A stretch of DNA of 63,232 nt, filler included, from Aduncisulcus paluster (lineage: Eukaryota): assembly GCA_024181965.1 (NCBI GenBank). It is 4 parts of 4 records of this genome, joined end to end, with 100 filler letters (N's around TTAATTAATTAA, not from the genome) between each part and the next. Parts side by side here need not be neighbours in the genome. Positions count along the whole stretch, not along the records: positions 31,692 to 48,253 come from BQXS01012459.1; positions 48,354 to 61,403 come from BQXS01012461.1; 2 more parts are not named here. One strand, 5' to 3'. The notes below the pieces were generated by a model. That model worked only from the letters and a program-made list of their open reading frames with translations. It was not told the origin of the DNA and did not search any database. Positions 36,876 to 50,143 of the stretch are shown piece by piece; the first letter of the stretch is position 1, and the number at the start of each line of letters is the position of its first letter. The translations under genes were made by a program, and so were the position numbers.

Positions 36876-36961
36876 AATTCATGAAGAATACGAAGAATTA
36901 TTGTTTTTAAAAGTACAAATTATTGTTAGTTGTTAACTGCAAAAAATATTTCATTACATCG

Positions 36962-38431
36962 TTAACAACCAGCCTGTTTTTTGAAGTCTGGGGGCTGTAA
37001 TTCACAGGTCTCATTCATGTGGTCGTAGGGAATAAGAGAAGATGCAGTGGAAAGGTCAATAAGGTAGGATCCAGCGAACTGACAGAAGTACTGGCCAGAT
37101 TCTTGCTTGTTTTGACAGGCAGAGGGGATGCTATTCCGGGCAAATAGGGCCAATTCATATAAATCACGGACAGTTTGCTCTCCACGTTCAAAGGTGAGAT
37201 CTCCCATCACTCCAGCGGCCTCCAAGACTCCAAAAACGAATCCGGCACTTGTATGAGTCTCTCCCTCGCTGTACAAGTCATCATAACTATCATACTCGAC
37301 CTCAGCAAGCAGATCAAAGACATCAACGCCCTGTTCATCGCACTCGACGAGAAGACGTGGGAGATCAAGACCAGAGGTTCCTAAACGGATGTTAAGACCT
37401 TCCTGGACAAGCCCAGAGATCCATTTGTCAATTCCACCAACCTCATCGGCAACAGCCAAGAGCGTGAGGATGAGTTCCTGAGAGAATGGAGCAGGAATGT
37501 ACTCGCTGTCAATGAGGGAGAAAACAACTTTGTGAAACCCGTAGGCCATGCCCTCACGTGACTTGGCCCACTCATAGGCGGCCTCACCATCGAATAAACC
37601 ACGATAGTATGTCGTAAGGGGTAACAAGGCCATGGCACACTCTTCCTCGAGACAATTGTCAAAGAGGGTGTCCAAAAACTCATCGAGAGGGATCAAACAA
37701 ACACCACGATCAGTACAGTACTCACTGGCAACATCCCATACACTCTGGGAAACGTATTTGATTCCAGTGGCGGGATCCTCAACGATAATCATACAATGAC
37801 CGGCTTGCATTCCATCCCAAGCCATGGTAAGAGTTTCATAGGGAGTCCAACGGTGTTGAACAATGACATCTCCAGGGTGGAAGTCGGAAGCGGAGAGTTT
37901 GGTGGAGGGTGAGTACATACGAGTCTGGATAGTCATATCAGCGTATTCTTCGAGATAATCCTTCTGAGGGTCAATCCCATCCGTGATAAACATATCAATA
38001 AGATTAAAAATCTCAAGGGCATCGTTCACAAGGTCAGTGTTGATGGCGTAGACCATGGCACCTTCATCTTTCAAAAACTCTTCTTCAACCCAATTACCTT
38101 CGGAGTCTTGACCTCCTCTCCAAGGATAAAGGGGGAATCCATGCTTTCCGTGCCAAAAAGTCATCATTGTTTTGTATTTGGCAGTCGTAATGAGCATGTA
38201 GATTTCAACACACCAATCAGAAGCAGGTTCAGAATTTTCAATGGTTAATACTTTGGTGGGGGATTCAGGATCGATCCATGCTTGAGCAGTTTTAAAACAA
38301 TATCCCGATTCAAGATCAATTGGGGTGAGAGTATCAGCCAACTTCACAGATCCAAGGTATTTGGCCAATTCAGCCTGAACAAAGATGATGGATGTAATGA
38401 ATAATAAGACAAATCTGAAAATATTCCTCAT
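36962..38431 (-). CDS. Secreted protein of a conserved plant/protist family with a permuted NlpC/P60 (papain-like) layout
   Basis: Signal peptide MRNIFRFVLLFITSIIFVQA; HPGD...YETL...AGH; ALLPL; G.AYGFH...FSLID; LNIRLGTSGLDL; YSEG; FCQFAGSY; PYDHMNETC. Resembles the Arabidopsis At1g70160/At4g27020-type family (from memory). Confidence 0.7.
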   Translation of the reverse strand: MRNIFRFVLLFITSIIFVQAELAKYLGSVKLADTLTPIDLESGYCFKTAQAWIDPESPTKVLTIENSEPASDWCVEIYMLITTAKYKTMMTFWHGKHGFPLYPWRGGQDSEGNWVEEEFLKDEGAMVYAINTDLVNDALEIFNLIDMFITDGIDPQKDYLEEYADMTIQTRMYSPSTKLSASDFHPGDVIVQHRWTPYETLTMAWDGMQAGHCMIIVEDPATGIKYVSQSVWDVASEYCTDRGVCLIPLDEFLDTLFDNCLEEECAMALLPLTTYYRGLFDGEAAYEWAKSREGMAYGFHKVVFSLIDSEYIPAPFSQELILTLLAVADEVGGIDKWISGLVQEGLNIRLGTSGLDLPRLLVECDEQGVDVFDLLAEVEYDSYDDLYSEGETHTSAGFVFGVLEAAGVMGDLTFERGEQTVRDLYELALFARNSIPSACQNKQESGQYFCQFAGSYLIDLSTASSLIPYDHMNETCELQPPDFKKQAGC

Positions 38432-39074
38432 TTTTTTGTAGGGTATCAAAGGGATTTTTTTTTTTGGAAAATAACAACCCCGATAGAATCCACAATTATA
38501 ATGATATTTCAGTTGTAAAATATCCATTTGTGAATATTTCCTCTATTCAATCTTTTCAACAAGGTGAATTTGTAGATTTTGCAAATTATTTTCTATCTCC
38601 GTAAATCCACAAAAAATGCAAGTATGATAATTGTCATTCCTTCAACCATATATATTCTATTTTGTCCATTTCGTTTTTATTGCCATTTATCCTCATACTT
38701 AAAGCTGGAGTAAAATCGGGGTTTGATACGAAATGGAAAGATTTAAAAAAGCTATTAATCATTGAAATAATTATTTATAACCATGTATAAATCATTGTTT
38801 TGCAGTGATGGGAAGATTGACGATCCATTCTGTCCATTTTGTCCTGCCAGGATCTAGTGGATCCTCACTGCTCTCTGTTCAATACTTCAAGAAGAATAAA
38901 AGTAATATTTGTTATTAACCTTACAATTTTTTTCAGATTCCACCCTTTTAGAATGGTGGAATTTTTGTTGTTCAGCCTCCTCAGAAATGTCAGAGTCCCC
39001 GTTATTTCTCCGTTCACTTTGACCAATCCAAAATCTTTTGATAGTATTTTTTAATCGAAATTAAATATAAAAAC

Positions 39075-42000
39075 ATGCTACCATTACAATATGCAATTTT
39101 TATTAACCTAGTACCTTCCAAGCCTCCAAATCCTTCTAACATCCTTTGTAATGAAGAAGAACTCCACTCTTCTTTTATTTCTGACCATTTGGAAGTATTC
39201 TTTTATTTTGGTAAACAGAAAGATCTTACTTTGACGTTCCTTGGCAGGTCACAGAAATATCGACTTGAATCACAAGTATCCTTTATAAACATAACAAAGT
39301 GGGATCCCTCATCTAAAATACCATCATCAATGGTTTTAGAGCTATTACTGGCACCATTTTCCTTCATCTCATCTATTAAAACACATGATGATTTTCAAGG
39401 CTTATTGGGTGACCCCAAAGATGAAATAATGGCAAAAAATGCTTTTTTGTTTCAGAAAAATTATATATTTGCGAGCAAAAACTTTCTTTTTCAATTATTT
39501 GATTCAAAAGAGTTTCCTTCCTTCAATCCTTCCAATACCTCAAATTGTCTTCTCCTAATTTCACGGTTTTATAACAATAATCTCCATAAAAGGGAATATA
39601 AAGTTGAAAATTTTGTTGTTTCGGTCATTTTCTTTTCGATTTTATCTAAACTTGATCGGTATGCAAATCCTGAGCAATTTTTCAATATATTCACAAAAAT
39701 CTGTCCATTCTGTCTTTATGATCTCGCTTTAACTTCTGATCATGACGTAATTTCCCTATTTAATGAATTAGAAGCAAACGTTTTCGACGGAATGCAGAAT
39801 ATTGTTTTCTCTTGCATCCTCCAGCGATCTGCCATTCCAATATTCGCATCTATATTTGACAATTCGGATAAATTATGTGTATTGTCCCCCGAAGAAGCCG
39901 AAACTCTCTCCAAATTCCGCTCTTTACTCTCGGAATGTGATTTGTCTCTTCTCTTCTTCAAAAAATCGGCCAAAAACAATTTTCTGTATGAATTACTAGT
40001 ACACATTGAAGAAGAACTCCCGAAATTCCTTTCCAAATCATTTTCTTCCTTTGAGGAATTTGATTCTCAGCAGATATCAAAAACTGAGTACCCACACTTG
40101 ATAACAGTCATCGAGCACCTCCAAAACCCTTCCGACACCATGGGGAGAAATGTTGCAAATGAATGTCTAAATGATGTGTTTCTTCTCCGTGACATTCTTG
40201 GAAAGTCTGTGAAAGAGTCTTCCTGTCGTCTTGCATTGGAATCTATTCCAAAGGTTTGTCTCGTATTCTCAATGGTTGTCTGGAAATACACTCAGCCAAA
40301 GAGATTCAACGAATACATATCCTTTTCATATGCTTTCTTACGTCTTCAAGAACTTTTGAGCCCTGCTTTGTTCTCAAATATTTCCTCTTCTCCGATCCAT
40401 GGGATCCTCTTCAGTTTGATCTCTAACCCAGAAATGGGGGTCAAATATGTTATTGATCCTCGTAAAAGTAAGGTATCTTCCCTTCGTTCTGCTGAAGTCT
40501 GTTCTAGTCTCCTTCGGACATTATCAATGTGCTTGTCGTATTCCCAAGCCAAATCAGACGTCCATGACTATGTTAGGAGATGTATAGCTGACTTTAGATG
40601 GTATATAACGGCCGTTTGTGTCGTTGGAGACTCTAGTTTTTATAGAATACCTTCATGGCTCATGGATGAGTTCCAGCGACTGGCTGCAAGTGGAATAACA
40701 ACTTTAGGAACAAGGGAAACCACTTCCGAATCACCAAAGCTTCTTCTTGAGGATTATTTCCTTCTGACTGCCCCTTCCATAGTTCTAAAAGAAGAGCAAC
40801 AAGCCTTCGTGGAGGAACAGAACTCTACTATGATGCCCGTCAGTCTTTCTCTCAGCACCAAACCGAGCAAAATAACCGAACCCAAAGACCAAGAATCATC
40901 CTCTGATGTTGATTCCAGTAGTTCTTCTTCGAGCAAATCATCTTCTTCAAGTTCATCGAGTGGGGAAGAATCTGAGGAGGAAAAGGCTCCCTTACCATCA
41001 CGCAAGCCTACCAAGAATAAGTTTCTCTCAGTACCAAGAGCTTCTTCCTCTTCCTCTTCCTCTTCTTCCTCTTCTTCCTCTCATTGTGACTCGACCAGTA
41101 TCCAATTAGGCTCCACTAGACTCCGTCGCAGAGTAACACCGACTCAGATAATTTCAGATATTATTGCTAAGAGGTATATTGCTGGTGATGGTGTTCGAAT
41201 TCCCCAAAATACCTTTGTTGAGTTTATTAATGTTCTTCAAGGGGCTCAACTTTGGTCTGTTCCTATTCATACTGAGGATTATGATGAATATGATGATACT
41301 AGGGCATTGCAGAAACAAATTCAAGAGAAATTCAACGATGAAATAAGTTCTATCATGTTTTCTTCTCATTCTGACCATCCTCTTATCCAATATCTTCCAG
41401 AAATATCTATTCCAACTCTTGGTAAAGTCTGTGAGTATCTCAGAGAGAACCAAGTGGATATTCTTGTTGCTCACAGCAAAACAATGCCATCTTCCCTTGT
41501 TTTGAGTGCTTCCAATGACCGTTGCGAGTTATTCCATGTGTTAATGAATTGCAATAAGTCGGAAGCAACAACTGTTTTTGAACAATGGATTGTTAATTGC
41601 GTCAAACCTGTTGACACTCGAAATGATAAGATTGTAGAGTCCTTCTGTTCTGAGCTATTGGGTGTTGAGTATAGAGATAGGTATAGTGAAATTCAAATAT
41701 CACTAATGCAGACCACATGCAAGGATCTTCTCAGTCGTTCTTTAGTTTCAAGTCTTTCTTGTTGTAGTGTTCTCCTGCATTCGATGCTCGTTGTGGCTGA
41801 GAAAGTTGGGTATCTTTGTAATACTTTTCGACAACAGATCGACAGCGTGTACAGCCATTTATTCCCAAGTACCAACATTTTATGCTCGATGTCTTTACTA
41901 TTCATGACTAAGAGTGTGTTCAATATGTATGTCAGGAAATCGGACAACTCATGCGGCAATCGTGTCAGCAGTGAGTTTATCGTTGCTTTGAATGGTATAT

Positions 42001-45000
42001 TTTACAACGTCGGCACTGCATTCTCTCGTATCATTCCAAAAACGATGACATCCCATGATGGAACGCCTACTCCCGGTACTGAGGCCTTACATGAAGGTTG
42101 GGTTATCTTGTCCAGGCTCTTTGCAGATGATTCTTCAGGTTTATTCTACTCTAAAGATGGAAATCCTGGTGACTCGGCTGGAACTGATAAGAATCCAAAT
42201 GAAGAACCCTCCAACTCTGATCCCTCCTCCTCCTCTTCTTCTTCTTCTTCTTCAGCGTCTTCATGCGAGTCAGAGTCCTCTTCAGCCTCCTCCTCCTCTT
42301 CCTCCTCCAAAAGTACGTCAAAAGAGGATATGTCTGAGGATTCGAGTTCTGATGATTTTATGGACAATGTTTCCGATGAGGATGAATCTTCCATCCAAGT
42401 GCGTGAGATAGTTCAGCCAAGAGGCTCTGGAAAACGGTATGGTGTTGACACTCTAAAAAAGTTGGACATTACCCTCTCCTCAGTCAGAGATCCATCCGTC
42501 GATCAAATTCGGCATCTCATATCAATCTTTCCTATGGGAGGAAGTAACCATTACATGGCGATTCTTTGTGATTCTATCTTCCACAGCATCCATTCCAACC
42601 TGAATAATACAGAAACTACAAGGCTTATAGAGAAATCGAATGATATTTCCAACGATTGTTCAGGCATTATTTCCACGTGGATGCAACAATATAAGAATTT
42701 GGATTTCCTGAGACTTGCTTGTTTGCGGTTGCGTAATGCATGCTCCAGATCTGGGGAATTTAGTGAAACGGAGATCAATGACCAGATTATTACACTCGGG
42801 TGTAGTGAAATTCGCAATGAAAAAGAACTTTCCCTTCTTCACAAGTCGATTGAATCCTTTTATAAACATATTAATTCCCGCTGGACGACTATTTCCGAGA
42901 TATCTCAGTTTGTTAACATGATTCAATCTGTTAAGCTTTCTGAAGATGGAGAGTGTTTTGATATTCAAGAAGTTGTTGAGTTAACTTCATCAATCATACC
43001 TTTTTCCAAGGAAATTGAGTGTAGCTCTTTGATGCATAAGTTTACAACCATTAAACATCTTGGGTGGACAAATGAAACCCTCGATGAGTTGGAAGATGCT
43101 GATATTCAGGCTCATTTCCCCATTATTCTTCCATTTTTCCCCTATTTTGTGCAGTACTTCCCAGACGACGGAGTAGAGTCCTCATTCTCAGTAGTTGATG
43201 AAGAGAATGATAGCAGAACCTCTTCTTCCGAGTCTTCTTCCCTCTTAATCGGCTCCAAAGGTGAGCAAGCAATTGGAGGTGGGGAATGGTCACGTATTTT
43301 GGCTTCATTCAAGAAAATGAACGCTCTTTTGAAGGAATATATTGAGAAGAAAATTGATTTGTGCTCGAAGGTTCTTAAGCCAGGCGATTATCCTGAAGGT
43401 TGGGCTGATATATTGAGGGTTATTGGAGATGCTAACCACCCCGATGTCTCTCATTTGATGCAGAAACACATCTCTGATCAGAGCACAATAGCTCAGATCC
43501 ATGGAATTGCCGTGTGTTTCAGATCCTTGCACAATTTCTTTTCTCCGACCCGTCCCCAACGTCAGCATCTTGCAACACTCTCCCCTCGAGAGCAAGTCAA
43601 CTTTGTTTATTCTCGAATGATGCACTATCACTCCCGTGTATGCACTTCTGGACAATCTAAGGCAAAGAAGACTTTCTTCGACAGTGTTAGGGACTTGAAT
43701 AGCAGATTATGTTCTTCCCTGAAGGCAAAATTCACAGATGATGCTTCAATTGAGCTCCAGACCTTCCAACCAAGTGAAGATCAGGGTCATTCTTCCACGA
43801 CTATTACAGAATCAATGCGATTCATGCTTAATATGCTCTCCATCATCTGTCAAAACCCAATGTCACCAATCATCAACATTCTATTCCAAGAGAAAAACAC
43901 CTTCACGTGGCCAGATAGTGATGATGTGGTTGTTTCTGAGATGGGAAACATATCTGAAGGTTATATCAAAGCAATGTACGACATGAGAGCACCCATTTGT
44001 GATCTGTTAATCGAAGAATTCGGCACTCAAATTCCGGGTGAAATGTCAAGAACGCATGCTATTCGTAGGCGTTCCATGTTGGATGATGTTTTTCAAGCTG
44101 TAGAATCAGCTGATTTGGTCTCATTGTTCATGAAACTAAGGTCCTGGCTTGCTAAGATTACAGATGCCTCCCGTATCAATAGAATCATCGAATCTGCAAA
44201 GAGATGTGCTTTGAATCTTGGAAATATACCCCAAACAACTGCTCATACACCCCAAGAGGAGAGAGATATCACTATCAAAGTCCTCGAAATTCTCTTTGAT
44301 CCTGCTGTGATCGATCGTTTTGCTCATGCCCTTCGTTCTCCAGAACTTGGAGGATATGATAATAGAATGATTCGTTATATTTCTGAGCCATCTGACCATT
44401 CTAAATTGCATGTTTATGTTCGTATTCCCAATACGTTCGAACACCAGCTCAAGAGATCTGCAGAACAACATTCACCAATCATCAAGGATATTCAGCCATT
44501 CAGCATGACAGGGATCTCTGGTGTTAGCAAGCAGGTATCCTCGCTTGCTACCGCCTCTCTCCAGTGCGGAGGAGTCTCATCCATTACCCAGGTGTGTGAG
44601 TTGGATGAAATCTGCTCTCGTGGGGTATCTGTTTCCCCTGAATATGATCTCACACCCAATGGGTTCCCTCAGGTCAAAGTTGAAATGGAAGTGAGTCTCG
44701 TGATATCAGAGATGTCCTCCATCCCCCCGACAGATGGAGTGGAATTAAAAGAGGGCGAAGAAAAGGAAGAGGAGGATGCTGAGAGCAGCAAAAAAGACGA
44801 TTGTAGTGACTCTTCATCTTCAACAGCTTCTGAAAACTCAGATTCTTCCTCAAGTTCAAGCAAGGCTATTAACTCTTCTCCTTCCTCCCACCGAGTGTAT
44901 GCAATTCCTCATCCGGAATTAATGCGGCTTCACCGTGTTGATGAAATTCAGGGATCTCGAGAGAAGAGTCAGAAAGCAACAGCTTCTATTGGATCTTCCG

Positions 45001-48000
45001 AGAGAATGTTCAAATCATTACTCTCAATCAAGAGACTAGTTGAAGAATGGGCCGATTATGGTTTCTATGAATGTCCAAACAAGCGTTCTTCTTCCTCCTC
45101 CTCCTCCTTCTTCTTCTTCTTCTTCTTCTTCTTCTTCTTTCTCCCCCTTCAGAGCTGCTGATCTACGCAACTTCCCTCTCTGTGAAATTAATACACTTCT
45201 TCAGGGACTCAGATCTCACCTTAAATTCCTCAAAGATCTAAAGACAAAGTTCTTGTGGGAGCTAGACCATTCTTCAACTTCAAAAATAATCACTTATAAC
45301 AATCAAAAATTAGCCTTTATTCAACCGAATTTTATCTTTATTTTATGGAGAAGAGTGCAACAATTCATATCTCAATCAATTTCCGATACCGATCTGAAAA
45401 AGGATCTTTCTCAAATCTATTATTGGATGAATGGCGATGGTTTGAAAGGGATGTGTGCTCTCATTCAGCAACATGGAGCCGAAATATACAATGATTTTGG
45501 AGTCTTTTGTTCATTTTTGACATGCATGAACGCTGAAATCCCTTTAACACCTCAGGATGCAATACCGAAGCCCTGTGAACAACCTTGTGGTACCGATCTC
45601 CGTTCTCATGCCAAGGGATTTATGATCATCATAGATGACGAGACTTTTCTTCCAATGGCTATAAATAGATTCATTAAGAAAGCCTGTCAAAGTTCTTTGA
45701 ATGCCAATTCCATTGTAATGCTTGATGCCTCGACGAAGCTCCTCGATATTGAAAAGATCTGTATATACGCATCAACAGGGAAATATCTTCTTGTTACGGG
45801 CATTGACAATATTTCTAGTGGGTTACAGACCGAATTCATCAAACTTCTTAGGCTTGTCCCATGCAAAAGGCTCTACATTGCCACAACAAAAGAAGACCTT
45901 CAAGTAGCGTTTGGATTTTCAAAGAGAATCAAAATTACAAACAAATCTGAGAAGAAACCTGAATGCATCCCCAAAAGAAAGTCTGTCAAAAAGGTTTATG
46001 TTGCAGTCAGCTCCAAGAAGAATAATTCACCTGGTAGGGCGATAGATTGCATTCGTTATAATATTCTTGGAAAGAAACTTCCCCATTCTCCATCTTCTTC
46101 TTCTCTTGGTTCTTCGACTTTGTTCGAACGGGGATGCTACGTCAATCTTCCTTTGTATAGGGATAGCAACGTATCTAATATTGCCTCTTCAATCCAGGCA
46201 CTATATTCAAGGATTTCTGAACAACCTAGACCCTCAGAATTGATTCCTTTCCTTCATGTTATTGTGTATCCATATATTCATGCCGTTTCATATAATAATC
46301 AATCATCGCTCGTCTCTTCGCCCAATCCTTCACATCTCGGTGCTCTTCTCTCTTTGATAAGTACTGGTGGGTTCTCTGGAAAGTATGGGATCATTAATAT
46401 TAATTTTAATGAAAGGAAACCTCTTATTGTTGCCATTGAGGTTTCTGCAACTGCCAACGCTTCCACTCAGAGAGAATTACAAAACGGAATCATATCTCAG
46501 CTTGGTGTATCTCTTCCTCACGTCAAGGATTCTAGAGAGAGAGAAGTACGTGATGGAACCACATCTCGTGCTCCTCCTTTGAGTGAATATATTGTTGTCA
46601 CATGTGATAATTCAGCTGATTTCATGACTCCACAGCTTCCAAAGAGTTTGAAAGGTTCCATTCGAAACTGTATTGAATTTATGGATGCTTCTCCTCTCGT
46701 TCCTTGCTTCCACTGGAATGTTTCCAACCGAACCACTCTGACAAGTCACAATCTTTCGATTTTAGGTTTTGGTATTCTTGCCCTTGGTTCCTTTGGGTTC
46801 TACTACAATTCCCTTGATGAATACGAGCATGTTATGGCAAAGATTCTTTCCAGGAAGAGAATTCCGAATGTTTCAAAAACAAGACCTTTACTTGTTCCAT
46901 CTGAAGACTATATTGCTGATGGAGGACATCCCGACCCATCTCAGTCCACATTCTCATTTGCTCAAGAATGCCTCAAACTGCCTCAAATAAGGGTCTTAAT
47001 TGAGAATATGGATATGTTTACCGAGGTGTTCCATCAACAATGTGATAGAATGTGCAAGAAGAAAAAGTATGAGGCACCAGGAGAAGAAACTGGTTGGCCT
47101 GCAGCTAAGAAATCAGGTGAATGGAATCCTAGATTCTTGGACAAAGTTTTTCGGATGTTGGCAACTCAATTTGAAGCTATCTTCCAAAAAATGATATTCT
47201 CTCGTTCAGATACAGTTGATATAGCCGATGATGTTGACAAATATATTGCCAATTGGATCGCTGTTCAGCCTGTTGAATTAGTCCAATTCATCCTTAGTTT
47301 TGCTCTCGATGAGAAACTCTTCCCCGATCAATTTTCGATGAACAAACAAGGAAACATGCAGTTCTCACATGCTATGATTTCAAGCATGTTCGTTCAAATC
47401 GGTGTTAGTTTTCGAAACCGAATAATGGGATATGTTCAATCGTTGATTATCAGTGACATTATTAACTCATGTAGTTCTCTCGTTGGTACTTCAGCTTATA
47501 TCGCAAGAAAAGTCAATTCAGCAATTCACAAGGCTCAGAGTCGAGGTGAAACAGTTAGCGAAAAAGAGATTGTTGTTGAACAGACCATGAGATATCTGAG
47601 GAAATGCAATTTGTTGGGCCAAGCATACACTCAAATTAAGCTTATTTCAATCTCTAATTACCAAATGATTCGTTCCATGACAAGTCTATTCTTCCCCCAA
47701 TCTTTGGTTGGAGCAGATATCGATAATGCCGTGCATCAGTTACATTCTTCATGTCAAGATAAAGAAATTACCGAGTATTTGAAATTTTCGAATAGTCTTC
47801 ACCGTTCTTTCAATTCTCTGGCTGATATCTGCACTCTTCATGGTAATTCTCGGTTTTTATCATCAGGAAAGACCGCTGGATATATTTCAAGGGAGAAACG
47901 TTTGTGTCAGCTCTATGAGATGTTTGATTATAGAAAGATTGAAAGGCAATTTGGAATTGCAATTAATGCTGCAAATTATCACGTTTTCCCAACTTTATCC

Positions 48001-48253
48001 CATGATATTGTGAGAATGTGCCACATCAGCAAAATGGCATTCCTTTCTACCTCTTCCATATCCAATGGTTCTGTTTCTGAACTTGAGAACGCTATCACAT
48101 GGACTCAACGTTATGTTCCCTCTCCAAATGATAATCCTTTTATTCAACAAAACTATGCAGTCCATCCAATTGTTCAGTTATTCTTGGTTGATATTGCGCA
48201 GGAAAAGAAGACGGCTTTTTCTATTCCTGGTCTCGAAGATAACATCATTGGAG
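39075..48253 (+). CDS. Giant (>3000 aa) protein, RNF213/mysterin-like candidate; one frameshift in a TCT/TCC microsatellite, 3'-truncated
   Basis: ORFs 39075-45161 and 45040-48253 join through a 1-nt shift near 45108 within poly-Ser. The distal part has motifs resembling the first RNF213 AAA region. A 5' exon is possible via intron 39044-39111. Confidence 0.55.
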
Positions 48254-48353
48254 NNNNNNNNNNNNNNNNNNNNNNNNNNNNNNNNNNNNNNNNNNNNTTA
48301 ATTAATTAANNNNNNNNNNNNNNNNNNNNNNNNNNNNNNNNNNNNNNNNNNNN
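48254..48353. other. Artificial scaffold linker N44-TTAATTAATTAA-N44
   Basis: Same 100-bp six-frame stop spacer. Confidence 0.97.
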
Positions 48354-49520
48354 ATTGAAAGCATTGGCAATGGTAGAAAGACCAATCAAAGCAGTGGGTT
48401 TAACGAACTTGACAGCCTCCAAAAGGTTCATTTCCTTACCTTCAGTGAGCTCAACCTTCTTGGCATAGGGAATCTTGTGGTTAGCCAACTTACCAGCCTT
48501 GAAGTCAGCACGGGTCTGAGTGATCAAACCACGGGAATCAATGAGCCAGAACTTCTCTCTGGCCTCTTCCCAAGAGAGACCTTCTTCAACAAGGAGCTCA
48601 GCCAAACAGTCAGCAACACCAACACCTCCGGCACCAGCACCAAGGAAAACAAATCTTTGGTCCTTGGCCATGAGAGTCTTCTTGGTCTCAGAAGTAAGTC
48701 CAATGGACTTGAGGGCAGCAAGGAAGACAGCAGCAGTGATACAACCAGTACCTTGGATATCGTCGTTGAAGACAGCGAGACCATGGTATCTGTGGGCTTC
48801 AAGGAAGTCAAAGGCGGTATCATTGGAGAAATCTTCGAACTGGAACACACATTCAGGCCACTTGTCTTGGACAGCCCAGACTAGCTCATCAACAAGAACC
48901 TTTCTCTCAGCGAAGGCAGCACGACCCTCCTTGATACCAAGGTAACGAGAGTCTTCACGGAGGTCATCTCTCCTGGTACCAGTGTCCAAACTGATGGGGA
49001 GAACACGCTCGGGGTGGAAACCGGCAGCACAAGTGTAGAGGGAGAGCTTACCGACAGTGATACCATGACCACCGACACCGAGGTCTCCGAGACCAAGGAT
49101 ACGAGTACCATCAGAAACAACAATGGCGTCAACGGGGTTCTTCCAGTTGTCGAGTCTACGACGGATCATACCCTTGTCACGAAGGGAGAAGTACATTCCA
49201 CGGGGACGAGTGAAGATACGGCTGTAGTCAGTACAGGCATCACCAACAGTGGGGGTGTAAACAACTCCGAGAAGCTCATCAATGTGCTTGAGGACAGTAG
49301 CGTAGAAAAGGGTCTCGTTGGTGTTCTGGACATGGTACAGAACAAGCCACTTCTGAAGACGAGTAGGTTGTTGTTGAATCATGCGGTAAACACGGTCAAT
49401 TTGCTCGTCAAGAGTCTCAACCTTCCATGGGAGGAGGTTGGAGATACCATGGGCTTCACGCTCTTCACGAGTGAAGGCAGTACCCTTGTTACGGAATTTA
49501 TCAAACAGAATAGGCATCAT
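48354..49520 (-). CDS. Malic enzyme (decarboxylating malate dehydrogenase), 3'-truncated
   Basis: NKGTAFT, NETLFY, VYTPTVG, DGTRILGLGDLG, GKLSLY, QFEDF, FNDDIQGT, GAGAGGVG. Strong codon bias and no N-terminal presequence. Confidence 0.95.
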
Positions 49521-50143
49521 TTTTGCAATTATTTATGTCCAGTGGGAACAAAATCAAATTTTTTTTTTGATGATGTTGAAAAAGATGATCTGAAAATGAT
49601 CATGGTGCAATAGCAAACAAAACTAGCAAAATTACAGATGAAAAAATAGTGAATAATTTTATTTTTGGCCCATTTCACTGTAGATTTAGTTCCAATAGAT
49701 TTGCAGAATCGACAAGACCAATTTGGTTTTAATTCAGAATGCAATAAAAAATAAAGCAATTTTTTTAATAAAAAAGTTTATTTTTAATAAAATAATCGGT
49801 TTGAAAACGAAATGACGCTTTAATTCCCACAATTGCCTGTCAAATAGTTGGAGTTTTGTAACTCCTTTGTTTGTCAGAAATGCGATTTTTATATAAGTGA
49901 TTAGCACCCAATATGTTGCATTGCTGATCGTTTCAAATCAAAAATTTATTATTTTGCACTTCAATTATGATGGTGTGAATGGCGTTGGCTATTCACGTAT
50001 CTTCGAGAGAAAAAAAAAAATTAGAACCGAATTTCGAATAAAATCGATTGGAAGACATGCGAATTTGGAAGTATTATTTGGCCCCGATTGCAATTCACTT
50101 GATATTCTTTGTTTTGCTTCAATTCGCTCTATCCCCCTTGAAA

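Noticed and set aside
45085..45145. Programmed ribosomal frameshift in the giant ORF
   Set aside because: The shift lies inside a TCC/TCT microsatellite, where sequencing or assembly error is far more likely.
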